From the NCBI GenBank assembly GCA_937921485.1, contig CAKZSV010000031.1, positions 6,437 through 70,436 of the forward strand: 64,000 nucleotides of DNA. Reading direction: 5' to 3'. Under the pieces are notes generated by a model, which searched no databases, was not told the DNA's origin, and saw only the letters and a program-made list of their open reading frames with translations. Each line of letters opens with the position of its first letter. Within the stretch, counting starts at the first letter, position 1. Source of the stretch: an uncultured bacterium. Its GTDB lineage: Bacteria; Spirochaetota; UBA4802; JAGODF01. A program made the position numbers and the translations under genes. Positions 39,916 to 50,402 of this stretch are shown in pieces.

Positions 39916-42900
39916 TCACATATTCCTACGGTACTTCCCTCCCGCTTCGTACAGCACTTTTGTCATCTGTCCAAGGCTTGCATAGCGCGCTGTTTCCATT
40001 ATCTGAGCAAAAATATTTTTACCTGTAAGAGCAGCTCCACGCAATTTCTCGAGTGTTTCTCGTGCCTTTGCTTCATTTCGCTTTTGAAATTCGCGCAGGT
40101 TGTGTATCTGCTCCATCTTTTCATCGTATGTCGCGCGCGAAAGCTGGAGCTTCGGTCTGCAGATTTCTTCATCAGAGGCTTTCGGATTGAGATAGGTATT
40201 GACGCCGATGACGGGAAGCTCACCGCTGTGCTTTTTGTGTTCATACAGTAGCGATTCATCCTGAATCATACTCCGCTGGTAATGCGTCTCCATAGAGCCA
40301 AGAACCCCGCCGCGGAGATTCAGTTCCCTGAATTTTTCAAGCACGGCTTTTTCAACCTCATCCGTGAGCCACTCGATAATAAAGCTTCCCTGCAAAGGAT
40401 TCTGGTTTTTGAATATGCCATATTCCTTTCCAATAATGAGCTGAATTGCCATGGCTCTTCGGACTGATTCTTCTGTCGGTGTGGTCACTGCCTCATCGTA
40501 CGAATTGGTGTGCAACGAATTGCAGTTATCATTCAACGCCATGAGCGCCTGAAGCGTGGTGCGAATATCATTAAACTGCATTTCCTGCGCGTGCAGCGAC
40601 CTGCCGGATGTCTGGATGTGGCATTTAAGCCTCTGGCTCTGCTCGTTCGCGCCATAACGGTACTTCATGGCGATAGCCCATATCCTGCGCGCAACGCGGA
40701 TGAGCACGTTGTATTCAGGATCCATTCCGCTTGAAAAGAAAAACGAAAGGTTCGGCGCAAAATCGTCGATATGCATGCCGCGGCTGAGATAGTACTCCAC
40801 ATAGGTGAATGCGTTCGAAAGCGTCAGCGCAAGTTGCGTAACAGGATTCGCACCCGCTTCAGCGATATGATACCCGCTGATGCTTACTGAATAGAAATTG
40901 CGCACATTGTTTTGAATAAAATATTCCTGAATGTCACCCATCATCTTCAGCGCAAAAGGAATGGAAAAGATGCAGGTATTCTGACCCTGGTCTTCCTTGA
41001 GAATATCAGCCTGCACAGTGCCTCGAACGTTCGCAAGCACATCTTTTGCGATTTTTTCTCTCTCCTCTTCGCCTGGATTGCGGCCGTTTGTTGCAGCAAA
41101 CTTTTCAATTTGCTGGTCAATAGCCGTATTGAAAAAAAACGCAAGCATCATTGGCGCGGGCCCATTGATTGTCATCGACACGCTCGTCATCGGGTCGCAC
41201 AGATCGAAACCCGCATAGAGTTTTTTCATGTCGTCGAGTGTGCAAATGCTCACCCCGCTTTCCCCGATTTTTCCGAACACGTCCGGTTCTTCGCCCGGGT
41301 CTTCTCCGTAGAGCGTGATGGAATCAAAGGCGGTCGAAAGCCGCTTTGCGGCATCATCGCGGGTGAGATAATGAAATCGCCGGTTCGTTCGCGTCGGAGT
41401 TCCCTCTCCCGCAAACTGGCGCTTCGGATCTTCGCCTTCCCGCCGGAAAGGAAAGACGCCTGCTGTATAGGGGAAAAAGCCCGGCAGGTGTTCCTTCCGG
41501 AGCCATCGCAAGGTTTCCGATTCGCTTCGGTAATGCGGCAGGGCAATTTTCGGGATGCGCAGGCCGGAAAGCGATGTTTCCACAAGCTTTGTTTTTATTT
41601 CCTTGTTACGAACTTTCACGCTTATTTCATCGCCTTTGTACTGCGATTTTATATTATTCCATTTTTCAAGAAGCACCTTTATCTCATCATCAAGTTTCGC
41701 CGATAGTGCTTGCTTCTTTTCACTGACCACTTCAGAGGAAAGCTCGCTTTCAAGTTCTTTAAGTGCTTCAAGCTTGCGGTAGAGTTCTGCCGCGGTTTCC
41801 GTTTGTTTGTGGTATTTCTCTATTGTATCCGATATCTCCCAGAGATACTGCTCTCGCTGCAGAGGAATTATGGTAACCGGCAATTCTGATTTCGATTCCC
41901 GAAAGGAAAGCCCTGCTGCGCCATCCTCCGAAAATCCTTTTTGTTTGATGAGTTCAATAATGTTATCAAAAAAAACATCGAGCCCGGAGTCATTGAAATT
42001 GCTGGCCGTGGTTGGGATGATGGGAAGTGCTTCATCGGGTAGATCAAAATATTCGCGGTTACGACGGTATTGCTTTCGTATGTCTCGAAGCGCATCCACC
42101 GAATTTTTATGATCGAATTTATTCAGCACGATGAGATCCGCATAATCGAGCATGTCAATCTTTTCAAGCTGGGTCGGGGCACCGTATTCTGACGTCATCA
42201 CATACACCGCGCAGTCGCTGTATTCGATGATACCGGCATCCCCCTGCCCAATCCCCGGAGTTTCCACCATGATGAGATCGAATCCGGCGGCGCGCAAAAT
42301 TGCAATTGAGTCGCGAATCGATATGGTAAGCTCATTTTTCGATTCGCGCGTGGCAAGCGAACGCATAAACGTCCTTTGGGGATCAAGAAAATTCATCCTG
42401 ATGCGGTCGCCCAGAAGCGCGCCGCCGGTTTTTTTCCTTGTGGGATCAATCGCAAGTATCGCAAGGCTTTTATTCGGATATTTCAACAGAAATCGCCGTA
42501 TGAATTCATCTTCAAGGGAGCTTTTTCCCGATCCGCCTGTTCCGGTGATGCCAATAACCGGTGTTTTTTTCACCATCGAGCGGATTTGTTTTCCAATTGT
42601 GCGATACACATCCTGCTTATCGTCATAATCCTTTTCCGCAATTGAAATGAGCTGTGATATGACGACGCTGTCCCGCATCGTTAATTTTTCGCTCCAGTTT
42701 ATGGGCAATTCCGGCACTTCAATCGCTGAAGCGCGGGCAATCATATCGCGAATCATGCCTACAAGCCCAAGCCTCTGCCCGTCTTCAGGAGAATACATTT
42801 TTTCAATTCCATATTCTTCCAGTTCCCTTATTTCTTCCGGTATGATGACTCCTCCGCCCCCGCCAAAAATTTTTATATGTCCAACTCCTAATTCATCCAG

Positions 42901-43161
42901 AAGGTCTTTAATATATTTAAAAAATTCAAGATGCCCGCCCTGATAGGAACTGACCGCGATCGCATGCACTCCTTCCTGGATGGCAGCATTGACTATTTCT
43001 TTTGCCGAACGATTATGACCCAGATGCACCACTTCGGCGCCTTCCTGCTGCAAAATTCTTCGAATGATGTTGATGGCCGCATCGTGGCCGTCGAAAAGGG
43101 ATGTAGCGGTTACAATACGCACCTTACGCACATGAGAGGCGCCATCTGTTTTTTTCTTCAT
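39916..43161 (-). CDS. icmF: Fused isobutyryl-CoA mutase IcmF (B12-binding domain + MeaB-like GTPase + acyl-CoA mutase substrate domain).
   Basis: 1081 aa. N-terminal B12-binding region (VRIVTATSLFDGHDAAINIIRRIL, DxHxxG), P-loop GTPase (GITGTGGSGKSSL), then a C-terminal methylmalonyl-CoA-mutase-like catalytic domain. The domain order is diagnostic of IcmF. Confidence 0.85.
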   Translation of the reverse strand: MKKKTDGASHVRKVRIVTATSLFDGHDAAINIIRRILQQEGAEVVHLGHNRSAKEIVNAAIQEGVHAIAVSSYQGGHLEFFKYIKDLLDELGVGHIKIFGGGGGVIIPEEIRELEEYGIEKMYSPEDGQRLGLVGMIRDMIARASAIEVPELPINWSEKLTMRDSVVISQLISIAEKDYDDKQDVYRTIGKQIRSMVKKTPVIGITGTGGSGKSSLEDEFIRRFLLKYPNKSLAILAIDPTRKKTGGALLGDRIRMNFLDPQRTFMRSLATRESKNELTISIRDSIAILRAAGFDLIMVETPGIGQGDAGIIEYSDCAVYVMTSEYGAPTQLEKIDMLDYADLIVLNKFDHKNSVDALRDIRKQYRRNREYFDLPDEALPIIPTTASNFNDSGLDVFFDNIIELIKQKGFSEDGAAGLSFRESKSELPVTIIPLQREQYLWEISDTIEKYHKQTETAAELYRKLEALKELESELSSEVVSEKKQALSAKLDDEIKVLLEKWNNIKSQYKGDEISVKVRNKEIKTKLVETSLSGLRIPKIALPHYRSESETLRWLRKEHLPGFFPYTAGVFPFRREGEDPKRQFAGEGTPTRTNRRFHYLTRDDAAKRLSTAFDSITLYGEDPGEEPDVFGKIGESGVSICTLDDMKKLYAGFDLCDPMTSVSMTINGPAPMMLAFFFNTAIDQQIEKFAATNGRNPGEEEREKIAKDVLANVRGTVQADILKEDQGQNTCIFSIPFALKMMGDIQEYFIQNNVRNFYSVSISGYHIAEAGANPVTQLALTLSNAFTYVEYYLSRGMHIDDFAPNLSFFFSSGMDPEYNVLIRVARRIWAIAMKYRYGANEQSQRLKCHIQTSGRSLHAQEMQFNDIRTTLQALMALNDNCNSLHTNSYDEAVTTPTEESVRRAMAIQLIIGKEYGIFKNQNPLQGSFIIEWLTDEVEKAVLEKFRELNLRGGVLGSMETHYQRSMIQDESLLYEHKKHSGELPVIGVNTYLNPKASDEEICRPKLQLSRATYDEKMEQIHNLREFQKRNEAKARETLEKLRGAALTGKNIFAQIMETARYASLGQMTKVLYEAGGKYRRNM

Positions 43162-43414
43162 GATTGATTCCTTAATCTACAGTTTGCCAATTGTTCCCAA
43201 ACGATTGACATTGCCAATTATCCTATTCAATAGAACATCAGACACCATAGCGAACATTGTTCTCCGTGTCCAGATGTTTTTGGACAGCAATCAAATTGTA
43301 TAATATTCTCACCATGTAACTATGTGCTGACAATTATGCAATATCATTTTTTTAATTCATTCATGATTTTTTATTGCAAAAAAAATTACATTGTAATAGT
43401 CTTAGAAGGAATTT

Positions 43415-43422
43415 TGTATAAT
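43415..43422 (+). promoter_or_regulatory. Extended -10 element (TGTATAAT) upstream of the MCP gene. A second TGTATAAT lies at 43298-43305, preceded by TTGGAC.
   Basis: Two plus-strand TGnTATAAT motifs in the 312-bp AT-rich divergent intergenic region. The -35 elements are weak. Confidence 0.25.
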
Positions 43423-43473
43423 TAATTTTTTTTGAAATCTTTCGCATGATTATTATACCACAAGGTAAATTTC

Positions 43474-45702
43474 ATGAAGTTTAATGATGCCGATAGGAAA
43501 CTCCTTTTGGACCTTCCGAAAAGGATTTTTCTCTATACCGATCTTATTGCCTACACGGTGAATATTCCCGTTACGCTTATCATTGTGCTTCTGCTGCTCG
43601 AACTTTCAGGTGGTAAAATAGCGCTTTTGCTCTCGATTGTCGCCGTGCTTGTGGCGATAGCGCTTTTCCTCACCAGAACACAGATGCGCGCTCATTTTAA
43701 ACCCATTCTTGCATATTTTGAATCGCTCTTCGATGGCACAACAATATCCAATGACCAGTATTTGCTTGCCCGAGATCGGCTCTATTCCCTTTCGCGCCTG
43801 CGCACGCGCGATGCGGTCATTGCATGGGCGGTGCTCATGCCGGTCGCAATCATCGCGATACATATTTTCTTCACGCCGACGCTCACAGCACGGATTATCA
43901 TCTACTGTTTGCTTTTCATGAACATCATATCCGTTGGCTGTCTGTACTATCTTGTCATCGAATATCAAACCAGAAAGATTTCGTTACTTGGAATATTCTC
44001 ACGCATCATAGAAGGTGAACGCACACACCATGTGCGCCTCAGCCTGGTACTCTCGGCAACTGCAATTGCATTTGTGGCATTTTTCAGCACAATCATGATC
44101 ATAACGGTTTACTATTTAATCAATCGCTCGCTTGAAACATCACTTAGAAATCAGATGCACAATGTCGCGCACATCGTCGATTACCACCTTTCAAAGACAT
44201 CGGAAGTCGCCATGGGCGACCTTGCACTTCGAACATTCGACTTTGCCATTGTTGCAGAAAGAGAGCACAGTTTTATTTCGAATATAAAAATCGGAGAAAA
44301 CGGCTATATCATTCTTGCGGATTCTCACAACAAAATTCTCATTGCACCGCACGCGTCGATGATTGGAAAAAATCTTTCGGACTTTCCCTGGGGCGAGAAG
44401 ATTATCGGCGCAGACAGCAACACAATACTCCCGGTCAAAACAGCCGACGGTGATGTGCTGATGTACGTTCTCACCAACACCTTCGGCTTCCGCACCATTG
44501 TGACGGCACCTGCTCGCTATATAGAACGAATGGGATTTTCAACAGTGCTGCTGATGGCGATACTTTTCATCGCAGGATTTATAATTACGGGAACAAGCCT
44601 CTACGTGTTCACTTCCGCACGACTGAAAGCGCTTGAACGGTGCAGGGAATTCCTTGAAGAAATGTCGAAAGGCGATATTTCAAAAAATCTCTATTCGCTT
44701 TCAGACGATGATGTAGGCGCCATCATGGCATCACTCAGCAAATTTATCGAAAAACTTCGTGCCGCCATCACCCACATTTATGATATTTCTCACGAAATGG
44801 CAGTCTCCTCTCAGCAGATGTCCCAGGCGGCAACAAGCTTCGCGGATAATGCTCAGAATCAGGCGGCAACCGCGGAAGAATGCACCGCAACCGGAGAAGA
44901 AGTGTTTTCGGGTGTTGAAAACATCGCCGCAGGTGCGCAGGTGCAATCCGAAAACATCCGCCAGCTCATGAGATTGATTGAAAATCTCACTGATAGCATC
45001 GACATGATGGCTAAAATGATTTCTGAAGCAGCGGGCATTAACGATGATATATCACAGAGAGCCAGGCGCGGTGATGAGCTTCTGCGCAATATGAACAGCT
45101 CCATGCTGCGCATCACCGAAAGCTCCGGGAAAATGCAAAACATCGTTGAAATCATCAATGATATTTCCGACAAAATAAATCTTCTTTCTCTGAACGCGGC
45201 AATCGAAGCAGCACGCGCCGGCGAAGCCGGAAGAGGGTTTGCCGTGGTAGCGGAAGAAATTTCAAAATTAGCCGACCAGACTGCGGCCAGCATCAAAGAA
45301 ATCGACCAGTACATAAGAAGCAACGCCAATGAAATCAGCGCGGGAATGGCGAGCATCTCCGAAACCACCAACACGATGATGTCCATCATCGAGGGCATCA
45401 ACCGCATTTCGGCAATGATGGATGAAATCGCAAACAACATGTCCAATCAGAAATCCATCAGTGCAACCGTTCATGAAAACGCCGCAGCTGTACAGAGCCG
45501 CGCCGAGGAAATTACCTTCAGCACCGATGAACAGAAGAAAGCGATGGATGAAATCGTCAAATCCATTTCGCATATCAACGAGCTCACGCAGGCAAACGCC
45601 TCAGGTGCAGAGGAAATCTCCGGTAGCTCGGAAAACCTTGCGGCCATGGCTGAGACGCTTAAGGAGTCGGTTGAGTTTTTCAGACTTACAGAGAAAAAAT
45701 AG
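43474..45702 (+). CDS. Methyl-accepting chemotaxis protein.
   Basis: Multi-TM N-terminus, HAMP, and MCP core ([32 protein letters not shown]). Confidence 0.85.
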   Translation: MKFNDADRKLLLDLPKRIFLYTDLIAYTVNIPVTLIIVLLLLELSGGKIALLLSIVAVLVAIALFLTRTQMRAHFKPILAYFESLFDGTTISNDQYLLARDRLYSLSRLRTRDAVIAWAVLMPVAIIAIHIFFTPTLTARIIIYCLLFMNIISVGCLYYLVIEYQTRKISLLGIFSRIIEGERTHHVRLSLVLSATAIAFVAFFSTIMIITVYYLINRSLETSLRNQMHNVAHIVDYHLSKTSEVAMGDLALRTFDFAIVAEREHSFISNIKIGENGYIILADSHNKILIAPHASMIGKNLSDFPWGEKIIGADSNTILPVKTADGDVLMYVLTNTFGFRTIVTAPARYIERMGFSTVLLMAILFIAGFIITGTSLYVFTSARLKALERCREFLEEMSKGDISKNLYSLSDDDVGAIMASLSKFIEKLRAAITHIYDISHEMAVSSQQMSQAATSFADNAQNQAATAEECTATGEEVFSGVENIAAGAQVQSENIRQLMRLIENLTDSIDMMAKMISEAAGINDDISQRARRGDELLRNMNSSMLRITESSGKMQNIVEIINDISDKINLLSLNAAIEAARAGEAGRGFAVVAEEISKLADQTAASIKEIDQYIRSNANEISAGMASISETTNTMMSIIEGINRISAMMDEIANNMSNQKSISATVHENAAAVQSRAEEITFSTDEQKKAMDEIVKSISHINELTQANASGAEEISGSSENLAAMAETLKESVEFFRLTEKK

Positions 45703-45824
45703 TACCCTATGCCCATTTTATGTGACGCGCAAGTTGTTATCAATACCACACTCTGAAGAAATAATAGTTGCAAAATTCCGTATCTGTTATGCTGCTTGTA
45801 GCATTATTTTAAGAAGGGTGTCGC

Positions 45825-46418
45825 ATGTATTCTCTATTCCAGAAAGGCGGCCCGCTCATGTGGCCGATTTTAGTCTGTTCCATCATTGCACTGGCCATTT
45901 TTGTTGAACGGCTGATTGTTCTTTTCAAAGCAAGAAATTATGCACGCATTCCGATACTGACATATCAACGCCATCTGAAAACAGAGGATGCCGATACGCA
46001 ATCGTACACGCCGGATGGCATTGTCCGCGATCTAATAAACACTCCCGGCATTGCAAGCTTACCAGGAGAAGATGCTGAACGCATACTGTTCAGGCGCGCC
46101 ACGCTCTTTATCCGGAGCCTTGAGGAACGCCTCAACTGGCTTGCCATCATCGGCAGCATCACGCCACTTTTAGGGCTTTTAGGCACGGTCACCGGCATGA
46201 TAAAAGTGTTTATGGGAATACAGAGCATGCAGGGGCAGATCAACCCTTCTGCTCTTGCAGGCGGCATCTGGGAGGCGCTCATCACCACCGCGGCGGGATT
46301 GATTGTGGCAATACCCGCAATTATTGCGTATCATTTTTTTGAAGACCGCATTGACGATCTAAGCGGAGAAGTAAAAGACTGCATTGGACACATTATTGAG
46401 TCGCAGAAATGGAAATAG
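45825..46418 (+). CDS. exbB: MotA/TolQ/ExbB proton-channel family protein.
   Basis: Three TM helices and conserved C-terminal region (GLLGTVTGMIKVF…ALITTAAGLIVAIPA). GAAGGG RBS. Confidence 0.8.
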   Translation: MYSLFQKGGPLMWPILVCSIIALAIFVERLIVLFKARNYARIPILTYQRHLKTEDADTQSYTPDGIVRDLINTPGIASLPGEDAERILFRRATLFIRSLEERLNWLAIIGSITPLLGLLGTVTGMIKVFMGIQSMQGQINPSALAGGIWEALITTAAGLIVAIPAIIAYHFFEDRIDDLSGEVKDCIGHIIESQKWK

Positions 46419-46807
46419 AACGCCGAAAAAAAGTATCTGTTGATTTCAATATCGCGCCGCTCATTGACGTGGTATTTCAGCTGCTTGTGTTTTTTGCGCT
46501 CACATCGTATTTTGTGACCAATCCCGGCATTGAAGTTGCGCTCCCTGGAGCGGAAAGCGCAGTCAATGTCCAGAAACAGCACACTATCGTGTACATCACA
46601 CGAGAAGGTTCAATTTACTGCAACACCAATAAAACAGAGCTTCAAGAACTGACGGCTATATTGAAGGGCATGCCATCGCAGTCAAAAACGGTTATTCTTA
46701 AATCCGATGAAACGGTATCGCTGGGACTGGTGGTGAACGTCATCGATGCGATAAAATCGGCCGGCATCACAGATCTCATCATTGCAACGGAGAAGAAATC
46801 CGATTGA
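46409..46807 (+). CDS. exbD: ExbD/TolR biopolymer transport protein.
   Basis: N-terminal motif (INIAPLIDVVFQLLVFF) typical of ExbD/TolR. Overlaps exbB. Confidence 0.8.
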   Translation: MEIERRKKVSVDFNIAPLIDVVFQLLVFFALTSYFVTNPGIEVALPGAESAVNVQKQHTIVYITREGSIYCNTNKTELQELTAILKGMPSQSKTVILKSDETVSLGLVVNVIDAIKSAGITDLIIATEKKSD

Positions 46808-47364
46808 AAACGTCACGGAACAACGCATTTTTTTTGCGAGCGCTTTGCCTCTCGTTCATTTTGCACGCGGCGATTCTTTTTGCTTCGTATTCAGAACACG
46901 ATGTTTTCTCACACACCGAACGCATCCATATTTCTCTCCGCGCGCACCAGATACTGCCGCGTGTCGATATGCCATCTGCAAAAACTACGGTAAAAAACAG
47001 CGATGCGAAGCAACCTCATGCTTCTGGCATCGTGGCAGCGCAGGCACAGGCACTATCTTCCGAAGAGGCAGAAACCACCATGCTTCGCTACACCGATATG
47101 ATCCGCCAGCGGATTCAGGAAGCTTTGATATATCCTCATCATGCGCGAAAAGATGCAATCGAAGGACGTACTTTTGTGCGATTTTCAATTAACTCCGGTG
47201 GTGAGCTACTCTCAGTTGAACTATTGCGCTCATCGGGGTATTCTATTCTTGATGAAGAAGCGCTTGCAGCAATCCGCAGAGCATCGCCGTTTCCAAAAAT
47301 TCCTGAATCGCTCAATAAATCTCACCTCACCGTGGCTCTTGGGCTTGCTTTTGAATTGAAATAA
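46804..47364 (+). CDS. tonB: TonB-family energy transducer (C-terminal TonB domain).
   Basis: N-terminal anchor, then a C-terminal TonB-like region (YPHHARKDAIEGRTFVRFSINSGGELLSVELLRSSGYSILDEEALAAIRRASPFP). Overlaps exbD. Confidence 0.7.
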   Translation: MKTSRNNAFFLRALCLSFILHAAILFASYSEHDVFSHTERIHISLRAHQILPRVDMPSAKTTVKNSDAKQPHASGIVAAQAQALSSEEAETTMLRYTDMIRQRIQEALIYPHHARKDAIEGRTFVRFSINSGGELLSVELLRSSGYSILDEEALAAIRRASPFPKIPESLNKSHLTVALGLAFELK

Positions 47365-47430
47365 TACTTGCAAAAATATATCACCTGAATTATTCATCAA
47401 AAAACGAAAAACAAAAATTGGAGCGTTCTT

Positions 47431-49011
47431 ATGGAAACAAGCAATCGTACTCCAAGGCAGATTCTTGAAATTAAGGGAGCGTTTCTTTTCTTTATTTTCT
47501 GCATACCGATGGGTCTACTATCAGGAACATTTCAGATTCTTGCGAAAGTTGGTTTGAAAAATGCGCTTTTCACATTAACAATTTTCACAATCATAACCAT
47601 CCTTTCATTCTATGTATATACACGAAAAAAAAATCTTCAATCAGCGAAATTAATCGAATGGATTATTTGCAGTATCATAATAACGGCTATGATAATAACC
47701 CGCTATCGATATGCACTTCTATTGGATTGGACATATGCCGCGCAGGCATATCACATTGCAGCCTTTTCAGTATGCTTTCTTATTATGATGCAATTTTTTT
47801 ACAATAAAAAACTCTATATCGTATTTTCAATTTTCTATTTTTTCAATTACGCATTATTCCTGATAATTGCAGCTTCAAAGGGCGTTGCTTTTCATCCACA
47901 TTCAGTTATCAATGGCATAATCGTTCATGATGGGATACAGATTCATCGTGAAATATTTTTTTTCACTGTTCTTGTAATGATATCATATCTCGCCTACAGA
48001 AACATTCCTATTATCGACAATTACGATAGGAAAAACGAAAAACAGCGTAGCATTATTCAGCAAAAATCTAATTCCATCAGTGAACTCTATGAAGAAACGC
48101 GGGTAAGGATTAACGATCTTTTTGCGCGCCTTGAGGAACAAAACACAACCGTTGATGAAATAGCAGGACGTATTCAAAGCCAGGCTGCCTCGTTCGAAGA
48201 GATGTCCGCTACGATGGAAGAACTTTCGAGCGCTGCTGAGCAGATATCAAATCTGGCAACCAGCCAGATGAAAGAAAACACCCGCATGGATGAAATCATC
48301 GGTGAATTAAAAAAAGAAAAGGAGAACTCCCGAAAAAACCTCGATTCGACGTTGCAGGATATGGATTCGGCGGTGGCGCTCACCAGCACAGGCCACGAAA
48401 GAATCGGCATGGTTACCTCAACTATTGAAGAAATAAGCCAGCAGAGCAACCGGATCGCCGAAACGGTTAATATCATCATCGAAATCGCAGATAAAATCAA
48501 CTTGCTTTCACTTAATGCTTCGATTGAAGCTGCCCGAGCCGGTGATTACGGACGAGGTTTTGCCGTTGTCGCCGATGAAATCGGAAAACTAGCCGTCCAG
48601 ACATCAGACAGCATTAAAGAAATTGAACGCGTTCTTGCGCTCAGCACAAAGACCACACGCGATGGCGTGGAGGTTATCCAATCAGCGGCTGTCATTATCA
48701 AGAATATGATTGAAAATATTGAAGGAGGTGCAAAAAAAATAAAAATACTGAAAGAAAGCATGATGGCAGAGGAAGAGCGTATTGCTCAAATAACAGAACA
48801 AATGCGTCGTAACATCGAGCTATCGCGAAATATAGATAACGGTGCGCGAGAGCAAAAGGATGCCATTGCCGCCACAACAATTGCCATAGAACAGGTAAAT
48901 GAATCGATGACACGAATGGTAAGCGGCATGAATGATTTAGCAATAATCGCAAAACATATCTACGAGGATGCGAAAACACTTCTTGAAAAATCTTCGGAGG
49001 CATCGGAGTAG
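47431..49011 (+). CDS. Methyl-accepting chemotaxis protein with a polytopic membrane N-terminus.
   Basis: Six or more hydrophobic helices, then the MCP core ([32 protein letters not shown]). Confidence 0.8.
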   Translation: METSNRTPRQILEIKGAFLFFIFCIPMGLLSGTFQILAKVGLKNALFTLTIFTIITILSFYVYTRKKNLQSAKLIEWIICSIIITAMIITRYRYALLLDWTYAAQAYHIAAFSVCFLIMMQFFYNKKLYIVFSIFYFFNYALFLIIAASKGVAFHPHSVINGIIVHDGIQIHREIFFFTVLVMISYLAYRNIPIIDNYDRKNEKQRSIIQQKSNSISELYEETRVRINDLFARLEEQNTTVDEIAGRIQSQAASFEEMSATMEELSSAAEQISNLATSQMKENTRMDEIIGELKKEKENSRKNLDSTLQDMDSAVALTSTGHERIGMVTSTIEEISQQSNRIAETVNIIIEIADKINLLSLNASIEAARAGDYGRGFAVVADEIGKLAVQTSDSIKEIERVLALSTKTTRDGVEVIQSAAVIIKNMIENIEGGAKKIKILKESMMAEEERIAQITEQMRRNIELSRNIDNGAREQKDAIAATTIAIEQVNESMTRMVSGMNDLAIIAKHIYEDAKTLLEKSSEASE

Positions 49012-49166
49012 TTCGACAAGAGAAGTTTTCTTCTGAATACATACATTTACATTAATTCCAGTACAAGATTGTTTTTCCAAAAAAATTATTGACAAAATTT
49101 ATTATAAATATTAACTTAGTTAAAATTAACAGTGTTTATATTATAACAAAATAGGAGTACTTCGAT

Positions 49167-50393
49167 ATGGCACAAGTTACAGTTCTTGGCGGTTGTGGTG
49201 CGGTAGGAAGCCGTGCGGTAAGAACCCTTGTTAAACATCCTGAATTTTCGCACGTAGTGATCGCAGATTACAACAAAGAAAAGGCCCATTCAATCCAGGC
49301 GGAACTCGCTTCTCCAAAAGTTTCGGTACATTGGTTCGATGCACATGATCGAAAGAGCATTTATCAGGCCATTGCCGGAAGCGATGTGGTGCTCAATTGC
49401 GTTGGCCCATTCTATTCTACAGTAAAACCGATTCTTGAAACAAGCATTGATGCAAAAATTAATTATGTCGACGTCTGCGATGATGTTGATGTCACTATTG
49501 ATATTCTGGAAATGAATGATACAGCAAAGCAAATGGGAGTGTCTGCCCTCATTGGAATGGGAAGTTCCCCAGGCGTTACCAATATTATCGCAAAGTTTGC
49601 TGCTGATTCCCTTTTTGACGAAGTTGAATCGATAGATATTTTTCATACACATGGAGGGGAACCTTTTGAAGGTGAAGGCGTAATAGGCCATCGCTTCCAC
49701 TGCATGTCGATTAATATTCCCATGTATCTCAATGGAAAATTGGAACACGTAAATTTTTTTAAGGATGACGGCATCGCGCTTCGCCAGAAATTCAATTTCC
49801 CCGGGATCGGAGAAACGCTGCTCTATCCCTACCCTCATCCCGAGCAAATCACCCTTCCTCGATATATCAACCTCAGGCAGGTTACCAACAAAGGAAGCGT
49901 TCTTCCCGACGAGTATTATAATCTCATACGCGATATTTGCGCACTCGGGCTTGCCAGCAAGGAACCGATAACCGTGAAAGGCCAAAAAGTTGTACCGGCC
50001 GATTTTGCCACAGCATTCATCATTCGCGAAAGGGAAAGAATTCTTCATGAAACTACATTCGGCGAACAACGCGGCTGTGTGAGTGTCATCGCGAAAGGTA
50101 TAAAAAATGGAAAACGTGAGGAATACCGGGTGCATATGGCATCTAAAAGTCAGGCGCTGGGCGAAGGAACCGGAATTCCCGCCGCGATGGGAGCAATTGC
50201 GATGCATAAAGGGCTCGTGCCCGGCAAGGGTGTGATGCCACCCGAGGCATGCATTAATCCCAATGAATTTATCAGTCTTATGCCGGAAATCATGAAGATC
50301 GATGATACTTCAAAAAGAGACGGCGCATTTGCCGGTTTTCTGGTAGAAAAAATTAATGATGACGGCTCGATCACTGAAATGAAAATACTATAA
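49167..50393 (+). CDS. Saccharopine dehydrogenase family NAD(P)-binding protein.
   Basis: N-terminal Rossmann motif (VLGGCGAVGSRAV) and saccharopine-DH-like length and organisation. AGGAG RBS. Confidence 0.8.
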   Translation: MAQVTVLGGCGAVGSRAVRTLVKHPEFSHVVIADYNKEKAHSIQAELASPKVSVHWFDAHDRKSIYQAIAGSDVVLNCVGPFYSTVKPILETSIDAKINYVDVCDDVDVTIDILEMNDTAKQMGVSALIGMGSSPGVTNIIAKFAADSLFDEVESIDIFHTHGGEPFEGEGVIGHRFHCMSINIPMYLNGKLEHVNFFKDDGIALRQKFNFPGIGETLLYPYPHPEQITLPRYINLRQVTNKGSVLPDEYYNLIRDICALGLASKEPITVKGQKVVPADFATAFIIRERERILHETTFGEQRGCVSVIAKGIKNGKREEYRVHMASKSQALGEGTGIPAAMGAIAMHKGLVPGKGVMPPEACINPNEFISLMPEIMKIDDTSKRDGAFAGFLVEKINDDGSITEMKIL

Positions 50394-50402
50394 GGCGCTA
50401 TC

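Noticed and set aside
45789-45810. A small hairpin (ATGCTG…TAGCAT) plus T-run after the second MCP, considered as a rho-independent terminator.
   Set aside because: The stem is only 5 bp and AT-rich with a short U-tract. It is too weak to call confidently and sits inside the likely exbB promoter region.
49290-50207. A 305-aa antisense ORF overlapping the saccharopine dehydrogenase gene.
   Set aside because: The plus-strand gene has a clear Rossmann motif and an RBS. The antisense ORF has no motifs and has odd Cys/His/Phe-rich composition. It is most likely a chance ORF in a moderately GC-rich gene.
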